Shown piece by piece: positions 48,499-49,287 of a stretch of 49,287 bases of DNA (its first letter is position 1; every line of letters begins with the position of its first letter). The position numbers and the translations under genes are program-made. Below the pieces are notes generated by a model, which saw only the letters and a list, made by a program, of their open reading frames with translations, did not search any database and was not told where the DNA came from. Source of the stretch: Catajapyx aquilonaris (taxonomy: Eukaryota); the NCBI GenBank assembly GCA_000934665.2, contig KZ538760.1, forward strand, positions 1 through 49,287, read 5' to 3'.

Positions 48499-49287
48499 TT
48501 TCGTACGTCCCCCACCACCAGCCTCTGCGTGGAGGCCCACGAGCCCCCTCTGGCCCTGCGGAGGGAGCTGCTCGCCCTCCGATACGCGGCCAAGATAAAG
48601 TCCCTTCCCGACCATCCGGCACACGGCTGCATTTTCCATCCTGCCTACGTCGAAGTGTACGACCGGAGGCCCTCTCTGGTCCCCTCCTTCGGCGTGCGGA
48701 TGCAGCGGTTGCTGGACAGGCTCGGGCTGGACCTGAGCTGTGTGGCCGAGTTCACTGGCCCACCTGCCCCTCCTTGGGCCCTGGTGGACGTGGACTGCTG
48801 CCTGGCACTCTCCGGGAATGCCAAGGCCGACACAGCGGACATCGTTTACCGCATCCTCTTTGCCCAGCTTAAGAGCACACGATACAAGGACTGGGCCCAC
48901 GTGTACACCGACGGATCCAAGTCGGCGGACCACGTGGGTTGCTCTTTCGTCTGCTGCGGAGAAGCTCACTCTGAGTCCCTCCCCGCAGCATCCACTGTTT
49001 ATACGGCTGAGCTCCAGGGCATCTCCAACGCCCTGGAGCACATCCGCCTTGCCGGACACGCCCGCAGCGTCATCTTCTCGGACTCTCTGAGTTCGTTGAC
49101 GGCGCTGCACTCCTACTCCGACGGCACCCACCCGGTGCTGTCTTCTGTTATCCAGCGCCTCCAGCAGCTGGCTCTGCTGGGAGTGTCTGGGAGTTTTTGT
49201 TGGGTTCCGGGGCACGCGGGCATTCGGGGCAACGAGTTGGCGGACGAGGCAGCTCGCACCGCCTCCTCCCCCCGTGCCCAGGGCTGC
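48499..49287 (+). mobile_element. I-group non-LTR retrotransposon ORF2 (tether + RNase H), 5'-truncated, runs off the window
   Basis: Uninterrupted frame FRTSPTTSLCVEAHEPPLALRR..PPW..VYTDGSK..TVYTAELQGI..IFSDSLS..WVPGHAGIRGNELADEAAR. Confidence 0.9.

Noticed and set aside
48481..49215. 244-aa minus-strand ORF (longest in the track)
   Set aside because: It is the antisense shadow of the GC-rich plus-strand RNase H frame.

Overview
This is eukaryotic (animal, probably arthropod) draft-assembly DNA with two N-gaps (23121-23371 and 31119-31163). I found no intact host gene, rRNA, true tRNA or CRISPR array. The window is a dense mosaic of degraded transposable-element pieces: Gypsy-type LTRs (several with ATAT target-site duplications), Gypsy integrase and protease fragments, copia gag, non-LTR ORF1, RNase H and 3' ends, a tRNA-derived SINE, DNA-transposon fragments (CACTA/EnSpm, Transib, three hAT lineages, pogo, Tc1-like, mariner-like, PIF/Harbinger, ISL2EU-like, Sola1- and Sola2-like), MITEs and long foldbacks. 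The most striking feature is polarity. Nearly all orientable fragments left of about 23 kb are on +, and nearly all right of about 31 kb are on -. Divergent transcription from the hairpin-rich centre would therefore read both arms antisense, as expected for a piRNA-cluster-like TE trap. An alternative is a uni-strand cluster with a flipped contig at the 31.1 kb gap. A duplicated small ORF of unknown function (one copy with a PxDLS motif) lies in the Gypsy-derived region. All family calls come from motif recognition by eye; no database search was run.
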